Source: Octopus vulgaris
Lineage: Eukaryota
Assembly: GCA_951406725.2 (NCBI GenBank)
Contig: OX597829.1
Location: 58,218,001 to 58,282,000, forward strand
Reading direction: 5' to 3'
DNA: 64,000 nucleotides
This document shows, in pieces, positions 43,124-55,914 of this stretch. The notes beneath the pieces are model-generated. The model saw only the letters and a program-made list of their open reading frames with translations, was not told the DNA's origin and did not search any database. Both the position numbers and the translations under genes were made by a program. Position 1 is the stretch's first letter. Each line of letters starts with the position of its first letter.

Positions 43124-44094
43124 AAAGATTTTTCACCAACTATTGCAACTTTTTAACATATATAGTTAAAAATCCTTATCCAAAATTCCTGGGACCAAAA
43201 CTCTAATGGATTTTGTTTTGCATTGAATTTTGGTTTTTTTTTATATTTGCATCTATGAAATGAGATAGTTTGAGGATGGGACCCCAACACTGAACACATT
43301 ATCCTTTTACATTTGCAATATTTTTGTAATTTATTTACTTTATTCCTCGAGTTACATCAAACGCAGCAAAAAATTCACCGTAAAGGTCATCGTGTTGCGC
43401 TATCTGATGCCGCCTTTCTGCCAGTTCTTTGATCCTATGATGTGAAGCATTGCAAATGTAGGAAATGAAATGTTTCCTATTTGGAAATAGATAATAAATA
43501 TATTTTACTTTTGAAGTAGGGATATATATTGATAAACCCGTCACTTATAACTTACTTATAAGTGTTATCATTATACGTAAATCCTGACTCCAGCTACATA
43601 AATGCCATAGGGAGAAATATATCCACTGAAATGCTAACGGACATTTTATGCGTGCATGTATGTTGAAGATAAATAAATTTGTGTTCTTTTAACCGCTATA
43701 AAAAAATACAGTTTCATAATTGCAGAAATAAATTTTTCAACTGCCATTGCTTGCCTCCATATTTTCATCATCAAATTTATCTATTCTTTTCCTCTTTTCA
43801 AGATTATCTTTACAAACATCCTTGTGTTTAATTTTGCAGTGTTTTGTTTTTACCTCTTTTTTTTTTTTTTTGACACATTTTTCTTTTCTTTTTGTCTCAT
43901 TTTTTTTGTGTGTGTGTATGTGTGTGTGTTTTTTTTTAATTGTAAAAACTTATCTTATATTTTTGTGTAATAACCATTTTATAGAACTGAAACCAGTTCA
44001 AGGCATTAACCCTTTCGTTACTATTTATTTTTCTCTCAATTATTTTAAATATAACAAAGAATTTAGTAAAATAACTTCGTTATCATTAAGCTAG

Positions 44095-44700
44095 TTGGCT
44101 GTGTGGTATGTAGCTTACTTTCCAACCACATGGTTCCAGGTTCAGTCCCGCTGTGTGGCACCTTGGGCAAGTGTCTTCTATAGCCTCGGGTTGACCAAAG
44201 CCTTTTGAATGGATTTGGTAGACAGAAACTGAAAGAAGCTCGTCATATATATATATATATATATATAGGCACAGGAGTGGCTGTGTGGTAAGTAGCTTGC
44301 TTACCAACCACATGGTTCCGGGTTCAGTTCCACTGCGTGGCACCTTGGGCAAGTTACTTCTACTATATCCTTGGGCCGACCAAAGCCTTGTGAGTGGATT
44401 TGGTAGATGGATGTATATATATATATATGTGTATATATATGTATGTGTGTATATATATATATGTATGTATGTGTGTGTGTGTGTGTGTGTGTATGTATAT
44501 GCTTGTGTGTCTTTTTTGTCCCCCCAGCATTGCTTGACAACCGATGCTGGTGTGTTTACATCCCTGTAACTTAGCAGTTCGGCAAAAGAGACCGATAGAA
44601 TAAGTACTAGGCTTACAAAGAAGTCCTATGGTCGATTTGCTCGACTAAAGGTGATGCTCCAGCATGACCACAGTCAAATGACTGAAACAAGTAAAAGAGG
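44095..44700 (+). mobile_element. SINE family 1 (half copy plus full copy)
   Basis: Direct match to family 1. Confidence 0.85.
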
Positions 44701-45077
44701 GAGAGAGAGAGTTGTGTTAGGAACATAAATTGTGACTAAGGTTTGGTGGAAGATTTTAATTGAAAGCTTATGAAAACAAGACATCTGTATTAGAGAGCCA
44801 GAACCGGTTTCAGCCAGGTTGGTAACGAAAGGGTTAAGATAATAAAGAAAGGGATCAAAGTTCCTTTTCAAGCCCATAGGCTCATGAAGCCAGTTTCTTG
44901 GATTCTGCAGTGTATATATATCCCCCTGGATGGCACACCATTCCATTACAGGAGTACTCATTTATGATAATTGCTCTCTTCGTTTAACTTGGCTCTTTCT
45001 ACTAACTCTTATAAGTAACCTGTTGAAATTTGAGTTTGGTATTTTGTAATTCCAGAATTTTTGCTTTTTATTTTTAG

Positions 45078-45239
45078 GAATCTGGATTTCCATGTTGGAG
45101 GATGTCCATAGGGTCAAATAACAGCAGTGGTGTTAGCAGTCCTCCTGGTTCCAGTCGGCACAGTTTGGTCGAGGACAGAGAACAGATGACTGACGCAGCT
45201 GACCAACAACCTGGCTGGCTGACCAAGCAAATTTTATAA
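45078..45239 (+). CDS. MRCK: MRCK last coding exon
   Basis: tttttag acceptor, phase 0. Reads ESGFPCWRMSIGSNNSSGVSSPPGSSRHSLVEDREQMTDAADQQPGWLTKQIL*, stop TAA 45237-45239. Confidence 0.8.
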   Translation, partial: ESGFPCWRMSIGSNNSSGVSSPPGSSRHSLVEDREQMTDAADQQPGWLTKQIL

Positions 45240-45494
45240 ACTGAATCGTACTTTGTTACAAACAGAAAAATCTGTGGCTATATTGCTCTTTCCTCTAGGA
45301 ATTCTTGAAGGGGTTAAAAAAAGAAAAAAAAATGACATGGAAAACTCAACAACAATACAACACAAATCGAACACCTATCTCTTACCAAAATTTTTAATAA
45401 CATCAAAACCTATTATAAGTTTTCTCAAGTTTTCTTACATCCTTTTAAAAAGTCTGAGTTTGGTGTATTATTATTATTATTATTATTATTATTG

Positions 45495-46690
45495 TTTCTG
45501 CTATAAGCACAAGAGCTGAAATTTTGGGTACAGTGGCACTAGTTGATTACATTGACACCCCAACCCACAGCACTTGACTGGTACCTATGTTGTTGACCCC
45601 CAAAAGGATGAAAGGCAAAGGATGAAACCTCAAGTTCAAATTCTGCCAGGGTTGAGTTTGCCTTTCATCCTTTCAAGCTCGATAAAATAAGTACTAGTTG
45701 AACACTGGGATCAATGTAATTGACTTACCCCCTGGCCCCCTAAATTTGCTAGCCTTGCACCTAAATTTGAATTTTTTTTTTTTCCTGTTGTTGTTACTGC
45801 TATAAACACGAGAGTTGAAATTCTGGGGGGTAGGGACTAATCAATTATATCAAGACCCCTGGTGCTTGACTGGTATTTATTAACCCTTAACAGGCTGAAA
45901 GACAAAGTGGACCTTGGCAGAATTTGAACTCAGAACATGAAGATAGATGAAAAGATATTATGCATTTTGTCCAGCATGCTAACCATCCTGCCAACTTGCC
46001 ACCCTTACAATAATAATAATAATCCTTTCTACTGAAGGCACAAGGCCTCGAGTCTGGGGGTGGGGACAAGTCAATTACATTGACCCCAGTACACAACTGG
46101 TACTTATCCAATTGACTCCAAAAGGATGAAAGGCAAAGTCAATCTCAGCAGAATTAATGATAATAACAATAATAATAATAATGATAATATTAATAATCCC
46201 TTCTACTTTAGGCACAAGACATGAAATTTTGTCAGAAGGGTCTAGAATTTGGTGTTCTAAATAATAATGATGATGATGATGATCCTTTCTATTATAGGAA
46301 CAAGGCCTAAAGTTTGTGGGTAGAGGACTAGTTGATTACCTTGACCCTAGTGCTCAGCTGGTGATTATTTTATCAACCCTGAAAGAATGAAAGTCAAAAT
46401 CCACCTCAGTCGGATTAAATGCCACTAAGCATTTTGTCCAGCATGCTAAATAATAATAATAACAATTCTTTCTACTATAGACACAATGGCTGAAAGTTTG
46501 AGGGAGGGAGTAAGTCAATTGCATTGACCTTAGTACTCAACTGGTACTTATTTTATTGACCTGCAAAAGGATGACAAGCAAAGTTGATTCGGTAGAATTT
46601 GAACTGAGAAATGTAAATGCAGACAAAGTTACGCTAAGCACTTTTCCCACTAGAGTAATAATTCCACCAGTTTGCATTTGCTAGTTGAAA
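45495..46690 (-). mobile_element. Array of SINE family 3 copies, mostly minus strand, in the probable MRCK 3' UTR
   Basis: About five repeats of aaaggatgaaaggcaaag separated by (AAT)n. Confidence 0.8.
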
Positions 46691-46719
46691 ATTATTATTA
46701 TTATTATTATTATTATCAT

Positions 46720-47495
46720 CAGATAATAAAGAGCGTGCAGTCCAATTTGTTATACAGATTGTTTATTTAATGGATTGAACAATAATTCAACAGATCATGT
46801 ATCTTCTTCGGGTACAAAATGTAATACAAAAAATAAAAACCACAGAAATTCAGAATTTAGATAAAATGACATCATCAGTTTTTCACTTTCAGAACTGGTG
46901 ACAAATCAACATGGAGGTCTCTTTCCTCACAAGCAGCAGCAGCAGCTACTCTTTAAGAGGACCAGAAACATCATCTTGATGCTGCAAGAGAAAGACTTTG
47001 CAGAGCAGCATCTGCCTCAATCCAGTCAACAGACTATCACTGTGGGTGCCTATGTGCTTCCAGCTTTGGACTGCAGAGTCACATGAGCTCTCATCACTGA
47101 GACCACAAACTTTGTCATCATACCAATACACCACCAACTGGTAACAAGGAAAAAGAAAGAAAATAACAGGAAAAAGAAAGAAAATAATAGGAAAAAGAAT
47201 ACTTAGTCAAACAGTTTTGTGTAAAATGTGATGAAATTTCACCTGTCATTTTTTTTCTTCTTTCTCCTTGTTACTAGTTCTGAATGTGAAAACTGATGAT
47301 GTCATTTTATCTATAAAAAAACGAACTCAGGATTTCCCTGTTCATATTTTGAATTTCTGTGTGTGTGTGTGTTTTTGTTTTTTGTTTTGTTGTTTTTGTT
47401 TTTCATTTTACATTTTGTCCTTGGAGAAGACAGATGATCTGTTGAAATATTGTTCTATAAAATGAACAATCTCTATTATGCTTTTCTTATTATCT
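46720..47495. mobile_element. Inverted-repeat (Penelope-like) element enclosing an RTE C-terminal fragment
   Basis: Arms ~46720-46903 and ~47268-47495. The interior reads DKSTWRSL...CGCLCASSFGLQSHMSSH* (46894-47100), an RTE C2H2-type end with one internal stop. Confidence 0.65.
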
Positions 47496-47549
47496 ATTTA
47501 CCTTTGTGAAGAGTTATGTCAATCTTTATAAATTACTTTTTGTTGAAAT

Positions 47550-49205
47550 CAAGGCAGCCTCTGCTGGTAGAGTCATTGGCACATTGGGACGACAAAATGC
47601 TTAGTAGCATCTCATTCATCCTTATGTTCTGAGTTCAAATTCCACTGATGTCAACTTTGCCTTTCATCCTTTCAGGGTTTATAAATTAAGTACCAGTCAA
47701 CGGGGCCAATGTAATCAACTAGCCCCCTCCCCCAAAATTTCATACCTTGTGCCTATAGTAGAAAGGATTATTATTATTGTTGTTGTTACCAAGAGGTTGA
47801 GTTGACAGAATCGTTAGCACACTGGGCAGAATGCTTAGCAGCATTTCATCTGTCTTAATGTTCTGAGTTCAAATTCCACCAAGGTCAACTTTACCTTTCA
47901 TTCCTTCAGAGTTGATACAATAAATACCAGTTGATCACTGGGGTTGATATGTGATCGACTTACCCATTCCCTGAAATTGCTGGCTTTGTGCTAAAATTTG
48001 AGACCATTATCACTATTAAAATCAATGCAGCAAGCTGGCAGAATCGTTAGCACAGCAGAGAAAATGCTTAGTGGCATTTCATCCATCTGAGTTCAAATAC
48101 CATTGAGGTTGATTTTGCCTTTCATCTTTTTGGGGTCACTAAAAGAAGTATCAGTTGTACACTGGGGTGGATTTAATCCACATACTCCCTCTCCTGTAAT
48201 TTCAAGCCTTGTCCAAAATTTGAAACTATTATCATTATCATTATTATCATTGAGACAGTGAGCTGGCATAATTGTTAGCAGAGCAGACAAAATTTTTAGT
48301 TACGTTTAGTCTATCTTTGTTTTGAATTGTAATTCTGCTGTGGTTGACTTTGCCTTTCATCCTTTCAGGGTTGATGAAACAAATACCAGTTGAGCACTGG
48401 GATCAATATAATCAACTTAACCCTTCCTCCAAAACCTGCTGGCCTTGTGCCAAAAATGTGAAACCATTATTATTATTATTATTGTTGCTGCTGTATTCAA
48501 GAAGGGTGAGCTGGCAGAGTCATTAGCACACTGGACAAAATGCTTAGCAGCGTTTCAGCTGTCCTTACATTCTGTGTTCAAATTCCACTTGGGTAGTCTT
48601 TGCTTTTCATCTTTTTTAGGTCATTACAATAAGTACCAGTTGAGCACTGGGGTTGAGGAAATTGACTGGCCCCTTTCTACAAAATTTCAGGCATTGTGCC
48701 TATTGTAGAAAGGATCATTATTATTATTAAAGGGACAGCAAACTGGCAGAATTGTTAGCACACCAGACAAAATGCATTTCATCCATCTTTATATTCTGAG
48801 TTCAAATTCCGCCGAGGTCAACTTTGCCTTTCATCCTTTCACGGTCAATAAACTAAGTACTAGGCATGTACTGGGGTTGATGTTATCGACTTGTCACCTC
48901 CCCCAAAATTTCAGGCCTTGTGCCTTTAGTATTATTATTATTATTATTATTATCATCATTGTCGTCGAGGCAGCGAACTGGCAGAACTGTTGGCACGCCA
49001 GACAGAATGCTTGGTGGAACTTCATCCATCATATATTTTGAGTTCAAATTCTGCCAAGGCCAATTTTGCCTTTCATCCTTTTGGGGTCAGTAAAATGAGC
49101 ACCAGTTGAACACTGGGGTCGATATAATTGACTTAGCACCTCCTCCAAATCTCTGCTGGTCTTGTGCCAAAATTTGAAACTATTATTATTATTATTATCA
49201 TTATT
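47550..49205 (+). mobile_element. Head-to-tail array of seven SINE family 3 copies
   Basis: Heads near 47550, 47790, 48025, 48252, 48500, 48730 and 48967, each ending in (ATT)n. Confidence 0.85.
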
Positions 49206-49481
49206 AAAATGCTCATTCTGTAGGTTTACACTAAGATGGACTTAAAAATTTTGAAGCCAACATTTTCTGTTAAGCAACAAGTTTCTCTCACTCTCTCTCT
49301 CGAATATTCAACTACTTAAATATTTACAAAAGAACTTACAAATGAATCCAGAACATTAAATGTTTGTCTTCTGTTTTTAATGGATGTAGCGTTGATTTCC
49401 TCTTTGCCAAAATTATTCATATATATAAATATATATATCAAATCATATAAATTTAATTCTATACGTCTTTGTCTGACCGTG

Positions 49482-49536
<55 letters not shown>

Positions 49537-49569
49537 AAAACATCACTTTAATTCTATATGTCTGTCTCA

Positions 49570-49610
<41 letters not shown>

Positions 49611-49645
49611 ATGTATATGTGTGTATGTATGTATATATATCATTA

Positions 49646-50877
49646 TAGGGTGAGGAAGCTAAACAAAATTTGAAAATATTTTATTGTACATGGAAGAGTC
49701 AATGTATAACAAAATTACTTACCCACAAGTTAATAACAGATTCTACTCTGTGTGTCCACCATTATTTTCTATCACCAATTGGATACAGCATCCAAAAGCT
49801 CCACAGGTCTTTATAATAAAATATTCAGACAATTTGGCCCATTCTTCCTTCAAAACCTGCTTGAGGTGTTCAGTGCTAGGATTAAAACCTCTGTTGGTAG
49901 ACTGCTCTAAAGTGTTCCAAATAGAATAGTGCAGCAGATTCAAATCTGGGCTGGAGGAGGGCCAATAATTAACAAAATTGTCCATGCCAAGTTTTTGCCC
50001 TTTCTTCACTGTATGAGCAGGTGCTCCATCCTGAGTCCACACATAATTACCTTTAGGGTAATTAGCCTTAAGCCAAAACAGGACATGCTATCTTAACACT
50101 TAGTAATAGACATCAGCACTGATTCTCTCACCAGATTTGAAAAAAATGTAGGGCTATTCTTTTGCCATCTGATGCCACAACTCTCAAAACCTTCACCTGA
50201 GCAGGTTGCTTTGTTCTGAAGACATCCTTGACTTGAGATGGTGATTCAGCAATAAACTGACCATTTCACCTGTTCACAACAGCATCTACAGTGAAGATTT
50301 TCTTGTCAGAAAATGTTTTCACAATGGATTCAGACCTCTCAAGAAAGGACAACACATTTTTGCCCTTTCAAACTTCCTGGCTTTCATTGAATCAGTCAGA
50401 TGTCTTGGAGATCGAGTAAAGGATTACAGGCCTAAATCACAGAGAGTAACATTTCTTAGTCTTGTCGTCAACTTTCATGTCAATTGCCAGCTTCCTCGTG
50501 GATGTGGTTGGATGATTTGAAGTTTTAAATTTGAGGGCCTTCAGGAATGCTGGATATTGCTTTGTATTGGTTCTTCCAGTGCCTTGCTTCCACTGAATGC
50601 CTCTGATGTTATCTAAACAATTCTTGACATTGTAAACTGTGCTTAATGACACATTAACCAACTCAGGGATTTACTTGATTCCTGCATGGAGCAAATCAGT
50701 AATGTGTTGTCTTTTTGCTTCTTGAGGTTCTATGGTTGGACTTGTACACAAAAATAAGCAAATGAAATTGTTACTATGAGACCTAATGCTGAAGAAAAGA
50801 AAAAATGTTTCTTATAATAGACCAGTGCTACAGAAAAAAGGTTTACAAAAAATTCTATAGTTTGCTTCCCCTCCCTG
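49646..50877 (-). mobile_element. Decayed maT/DD37D-like Tc1/mariner transposon
   Basis: TIRs (c)agggtgaggaagc..aaac / gtttgcttcccctccctg with TA flanks. Motifs FSDKKIFTVD, WTQDGAPAHT, WPSSSPDLN. Confidence 0.85.
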
Positions 50878-51124
50878 TATATATATATATATATCAAATC
50901 GTATAAATATAATTATATACGTCTTTGTCTGACCCTCTCTCTCGTGTGCGTGTGTGTGTGTATATATATATATCAAAAATCAAACCATATAAATTTAATT
51001 ATATGCATCTCTAACCATGTCACTCCCTGTCTCTCTTATATATAATTTATATGTTGTATATAACATATATATGTGTGTATGTATGTGTATATATATATAT
51101 ATACAAACATTATAAATGCAATAA

Positions 51125-51265
51125 TGAATAAGGGCAAAAAACAGACACTAAATTGTCTAACCACATAAAATATAAGTGAAAATATTTTATGTGGTTAGAT
51201 GATTTAGCATCTGTTTTTCAGCATGCTAGCAAAGAAATGTTTTCCTTTTTGCCCTTATTTATAAT
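51125..51265. repeat. Short hairpin/MITE-like inverted repeat
   Basis: aataagggcaaaaa..ctaaccacataaaata / tattttatgtggttag..tttttgcccttatt. Confidence 0.6.
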
Positions 51266-51350
51266 TTTCACTATAAAAGGTATTTTTCATATGCTGGCCA
51301 CTGATAAAATTTTCCAATGAAATTTTCTCCTTATATTAGAAGAATATAAC

Positions 51351-51400
<50 letters not shown>

Positions 51401-51653
51401 GCATTAGATTTACTCTGACATATAAATTTAGTTTATGTGTCAAAATATTTTGTCGCTTTGAAACCACGACCTGTTCATTGGCAATGCAGCATAAGGTTTT
51501 ATCAGTGAACACGTTGCAGCTTCCAAGCAACAAAAGTATTTTGACACAAATTAAATTTTAATGTTGAAATGAATCTAACGGGTTTTTTTTGTGTGTTCTT
51601 AAATGGCTTGGAAACAACTATGCTGTAATTGTTTATTTATATATATATAAAAC

Positions 51654-51703
<50 letters not shown>

Positions 51704-51946
51704 AACATGTATATAATATATATGGCATGTAAAAAGCACCCATTACACTCTCTGAATGGCTTGCATCAGGAAGGACATCCAGCTGTAGAAACCTTGCCAG
51801 ATCAGATTGGAGCCTGGTGCAGTCCCCTGGCTTGCCACTCCTCAGTCAAACCGTCCAACCCATGCCAGCATGGAAAGTGAATGTTAAATGATAATGATGA
51901 TAACATATATATGTATTATATGTGTATGTATCTATATATATATATA

Positions 51947-52814
51947 AAGGGTATGGTGATTAAACTGTTGTCTAAATTACGCAAAAATGAAAATAACACT
52001 GACATCTTATCTTAACAGATATATTTACTAAAATTACTTAAAATATCTTGAAATACTAAACAGTAAATTTATTCAATAAAATTGCCATTGGCTTCAACCA
52101 CAACCTCCATGCGATTTTGGAATCTCCTGCAACTCTTCTGGATGGTCTCCTTGTTTAAGTTGGTGAATGTTGCCATAATTCTTGCCTTCAGTTCATCTTT
52201 GGGGTTTTATTGGTCCCTTGCTCAACTGCACGTTACACATAAAAATCAAAGGGGTTGCAGTTTGGGGAGTTAGTTAGCCAGATGTTAGGGGTGATGTGGT
52301 TGCAGAAATTGTCTGACAGCCATGACTGGGTTCTCCTGCTTGTGTGGCATGGTGCAGAGTCCTGTTGCTAGACATAAGCTCTTCCAGCAGCCACCCTCTT
52401 GAACCAAGGTAGCATTACCTCCTCTAGGTACTTGATGTAGGCCTCCGTATTGAGTCAGGCCATAAGGGAAGATGAATGAAGGCATAATGTCACCATCACT
52501 AGTGATCACTCCAGACACCATGCTGTTGACTGGATGTTTCATTTTTATTGCTCTCTGTACAAGTCCTCAAATTGCACTCTCCTCAGATTGACATCCAAAC
52601 ACTCTGAAATGTTCGTATTGTCGCTTCCAGCACAAATGCCAAGTAGTACAGCATGTCGTTTCCAAATTTCTGGCAGAGTGAATTGTGTTATGGTGTTGTT
52701 TTTCTCACAGATGGTGCCAAACTGACACTACAATAATGTGTAGTCAACAAAATCAAAACCACAATGCACGAAATTATGAATATAAAATGGCAACAATTTA
52801 GCCATCACACCCTG
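51947..52814 (-). mobile_element. Internally deleted maT/DD37D-like transposon
   Basis: TIR cagggtgtgatggctaaattgt, imperfect at the left end. Motifs KHPVNSMVSGVITSDG and QQDSAPCHT. Confidence 0.8.
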
Positions 52815-52831
52815 TGTGTGTGTGTATATAT

Positions 52832-53319
52832 ATATTGTTTATATCCATTTAAAAGAAGAAAAGAAAATGGAGATAAGGAAGTTAACAAACATTTATTATT
52901 AACAAATAAATCAGCTTTGCTTCTTACATCTCTTTCAATTAATACTCAATAATTTAATTACAAATCTGTGTATTAAATTTACATTTACGTGACATGAGTA
53001 TAATTACATCAGAGAGGAAAAAGATGTACCTTGAGATGTTGTATGTGGACCTACCGACTCATTTCAGCAGATTAAACCATGATATTTAATCTGCTGAAAT
53101 GAGTCGGTAGGTCCACATACAACATCTCAAGGTACATCTTTTTCCTCTCTGATGTAATTATACTCATGTCACGTAAATGTAAATTTAATACACAGATTTG
53201 TAATTAAATTATTGAGTATTAATTGAAGCGAAGATGACTAATTTGTTGTTAAAAATAAACAATTATTAACTTCCTTATCTCCATTTTCTTTTCTCCTTTT
53301 AAATGGACATAAACTATAT
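52832..53319. repeat. Palindromic element with 143-bp perfect inner arms
   Basis: 52934-53076 is the exact reverse complement of 53085-53227, with loop CCATGATA. Outer arms are diverged. Confidence 0.9.
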
Positions 53320-53455
53320 GCTTAAGATTGTTTTAAGGGAATTTCATTCCCCAACATTACTAGATATTGAACCAGTATTTTCTTGGATGCAATCATCCCT
53401 TCTCAAGATTAACATATCCTCTAATTATAAATAAAAACACACACACACATATAAA

Positions 53456-53812
53456 GGTGCAGGTGTGACTATGCAGTACGAAGCTTACTTCCCAACCACA
53501 TGGTTCTGGGTTCGGTGTCTTCTATAGCCTTGGGCTGACCAAAGTTGTGGGAGTGGATTTGGTGGATGGAAACTGAAAGAAGCCTGCCATATATATACAT
53601 ATGTATACGTTTGTGTGGCTGTGTTTGTCCCTCCACCATCACTTGATAACTGATGTTAGTGTGTTTACGTCTCCATAACTTAGCAGTTCGGCCTAAGAGA
53701 TCGATAGAATAAGTACTAGGCATACAAAGAATAAGTCCTGGGGTCGATTTGCTCAACTAAAAGGTGGTGCTCCAGCATGGCCGCAGTCAAATGACTGAAA
53801 CGAGTAAGAGAG
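53456..53812 (+). mobile_element. SINE family 1
   Basis: Direct match to family 1. Confidence 0.85.
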
Positions 53813-53877
53813 AGATATATATACATATACAACTATATATACTAAGATTTTATATATATTTACATACATATACAAAT

Positions 53878-55905
53878 CATCATCATCATAGTTTAACATC
53901 CGTTCTCCATGCTAGCATGGGTTGGACGGTTCGACCGGGGATCTAGGAAGCCAGAAGGCTGCACCAGGCTCCAGTCTTATCTGGCAATGTTTCTACAGCT
54001 GGATGCCCTTCCTAATGCCAAACACTCCATGAGTGTAGTGGGTGCTTTTTACGTGCCACCTGCACTGGTGCCAGGCGAGGCTGGCATCGGCCACGGTCAG
54101 ATTGCTGCATTTTACGTGCCACCTGCACAGAAGCCAGTCGAGGCGGCACTGGCAATCGGCCACGTTTCGGATAGTGCTTTTTACGTACCACTAGTCCAGG
54201 GGTCCTGGCATCTGCCGGGTGCCAGTCATAGGATTGGTTCAATTTCGATTCCGATTTCGATTTTACTTGCCCCAACAGGTCTTCGCAAGCATGGGTGCCT
54301 GTCGTCAGATGAGGTTCAATATCAACTTCGCTTGCCTCAACAGGTCTTTGTGTCCAAGGGAGGAAAGGCATTCATAAGTGGGCTGGGCTCACTTGTCCTG
54401 CCTGGTCTTCTCACGTACAGCATATTTCCAAAGGTCTCGGTCGCTGGTCATTTCCTCAGTGAGGCCTAAAGTTCGAAGGTCGTGCTTCACCACCTCGTCC
54501 CAGGTTTTCCTGGGTCTACCTCTTCCACGGGTTCCCTCAACTGCTAGGGATTGGCACTTTTTCACACACCTATCTTCATCCATTCTCGCCACATGACCAT
54601 ACCAGCGCAATCGTCTTTCTTGCACACCACAACTGATGCTTCTTAGGTACATTTCTCTCAAGGTACTAACGCTCTGTCGATTATGTACACTGATATTACA
54701 CATCCATCGGAGCATACTGGCTTCATTCCTCGCGAGCTTACGCATGTCCTCAGCAGTCACGGCCCATGTCTCACTGCCATGTAGCATGGCTGTTCGTACA
54801 TATGCATCATACAGTCTGCCTTTTACTCTGAGCGAGAGGCCTTTAGTCACCAGCAGAGGTAAGAGCTCCCTAAACTTTGCCCAGGCTATTCTTACTCTAG
54901 CAGTTACACTTTCAACACACCCACCCCCACTATGACTTGGTCACCTAGATAACGGAAGCTATCAACTACTTCTAGTTTTTCCCCCTGGAAAGTGACGGAA
55001 GTTGTTTTCTGCAGATTTTCAGAGGTTAATACTCCCGAGCATCTGCCACATACAAAAACTATCTTCCCAGTTAGCCTACCTTTGACATTGCTGCACCTCT
55101 TATGTGTCCATAGCTTACACTGGGTACATCTTATAGAGTTTCTACCTACACCTTTTCTACAGATCGAGCAGGGCCATCTTCCTGAGGATATTTGTGGATT
55201 GACTACCTTCCTACTTATTAGTACTTTGGTTTTAGCTAGGTTGACTCTAAGGCCCCTCGATTCTAAACCCTCCTTCCACACCTGGAACTTCTCCTCCAGT
55301 TCTGATAGTGACTCAGCAATTAGAGCAAGGTCGTCAGCATAGAGGAGCTCCCAGGGGCAACCCCTGGTGGACCCCAACCTCTATTTTGAATTCTTCTGTG
55401 TACATGTTGCCAACCCTAACCTTACTTACGGCATCCCTGTACGTGGCTTGCACAGCCCTCACCAGCCATTCATCTATCCCTAGTTTCCTCCTTGACCACC
55501 AGATAAGGGATCGGGGGAACCCTGTCAAGGGCTTTCTCCATGTCAACGAAAGCTAGGTACAGGGGCTTATCTTTGGCTAGGTATTTCTCCTGCAGCTGCC
55601 TTACCAGGAATATAGCATCTCATCTAAACTAACTCTCTCTCTAATTAGTTGGGCTATGACCCTCTCCGTAACCTTCATTACCTGATCCAACAGCTTGATA
55701 CCTCTGTAATTATTTGTATCTAGGGCATCAACCTTTACCTTTGTAGCAGTTGACTATTATGCTGCTACACCAGTCATTGGGTATGACTCCTTCGTGTATC
55801 ACCTGGTTAACTATATGGGTGACTAGGTTATAGCCGACACTGCCAGATATTTTGAGCATCTCTGCAGTAATTCCTGATGGGACTGGGGCTTTCCCTGTCT
55901 TCATA
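53878..55905 (-). mobile_element. RTE-clade LINE, 5'-truncated, with deletions and frameshifts
   Basis: WELLYADDLAL, PHD-like Cys cluster, ERRLRWYGH, (GAT)n tail. Confidence 0.92.
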
Positions 55906-55914
55906 CTAATATAT

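Noticed and set aside
46893-47100. Apparent extra MRCK exon after tttcag
   Set aside because: Lies past the stop codon. The acceptor-like sequence is part of an inverted-repeat arm, and the peptide is a stop-interrupted RTE C-terminus.
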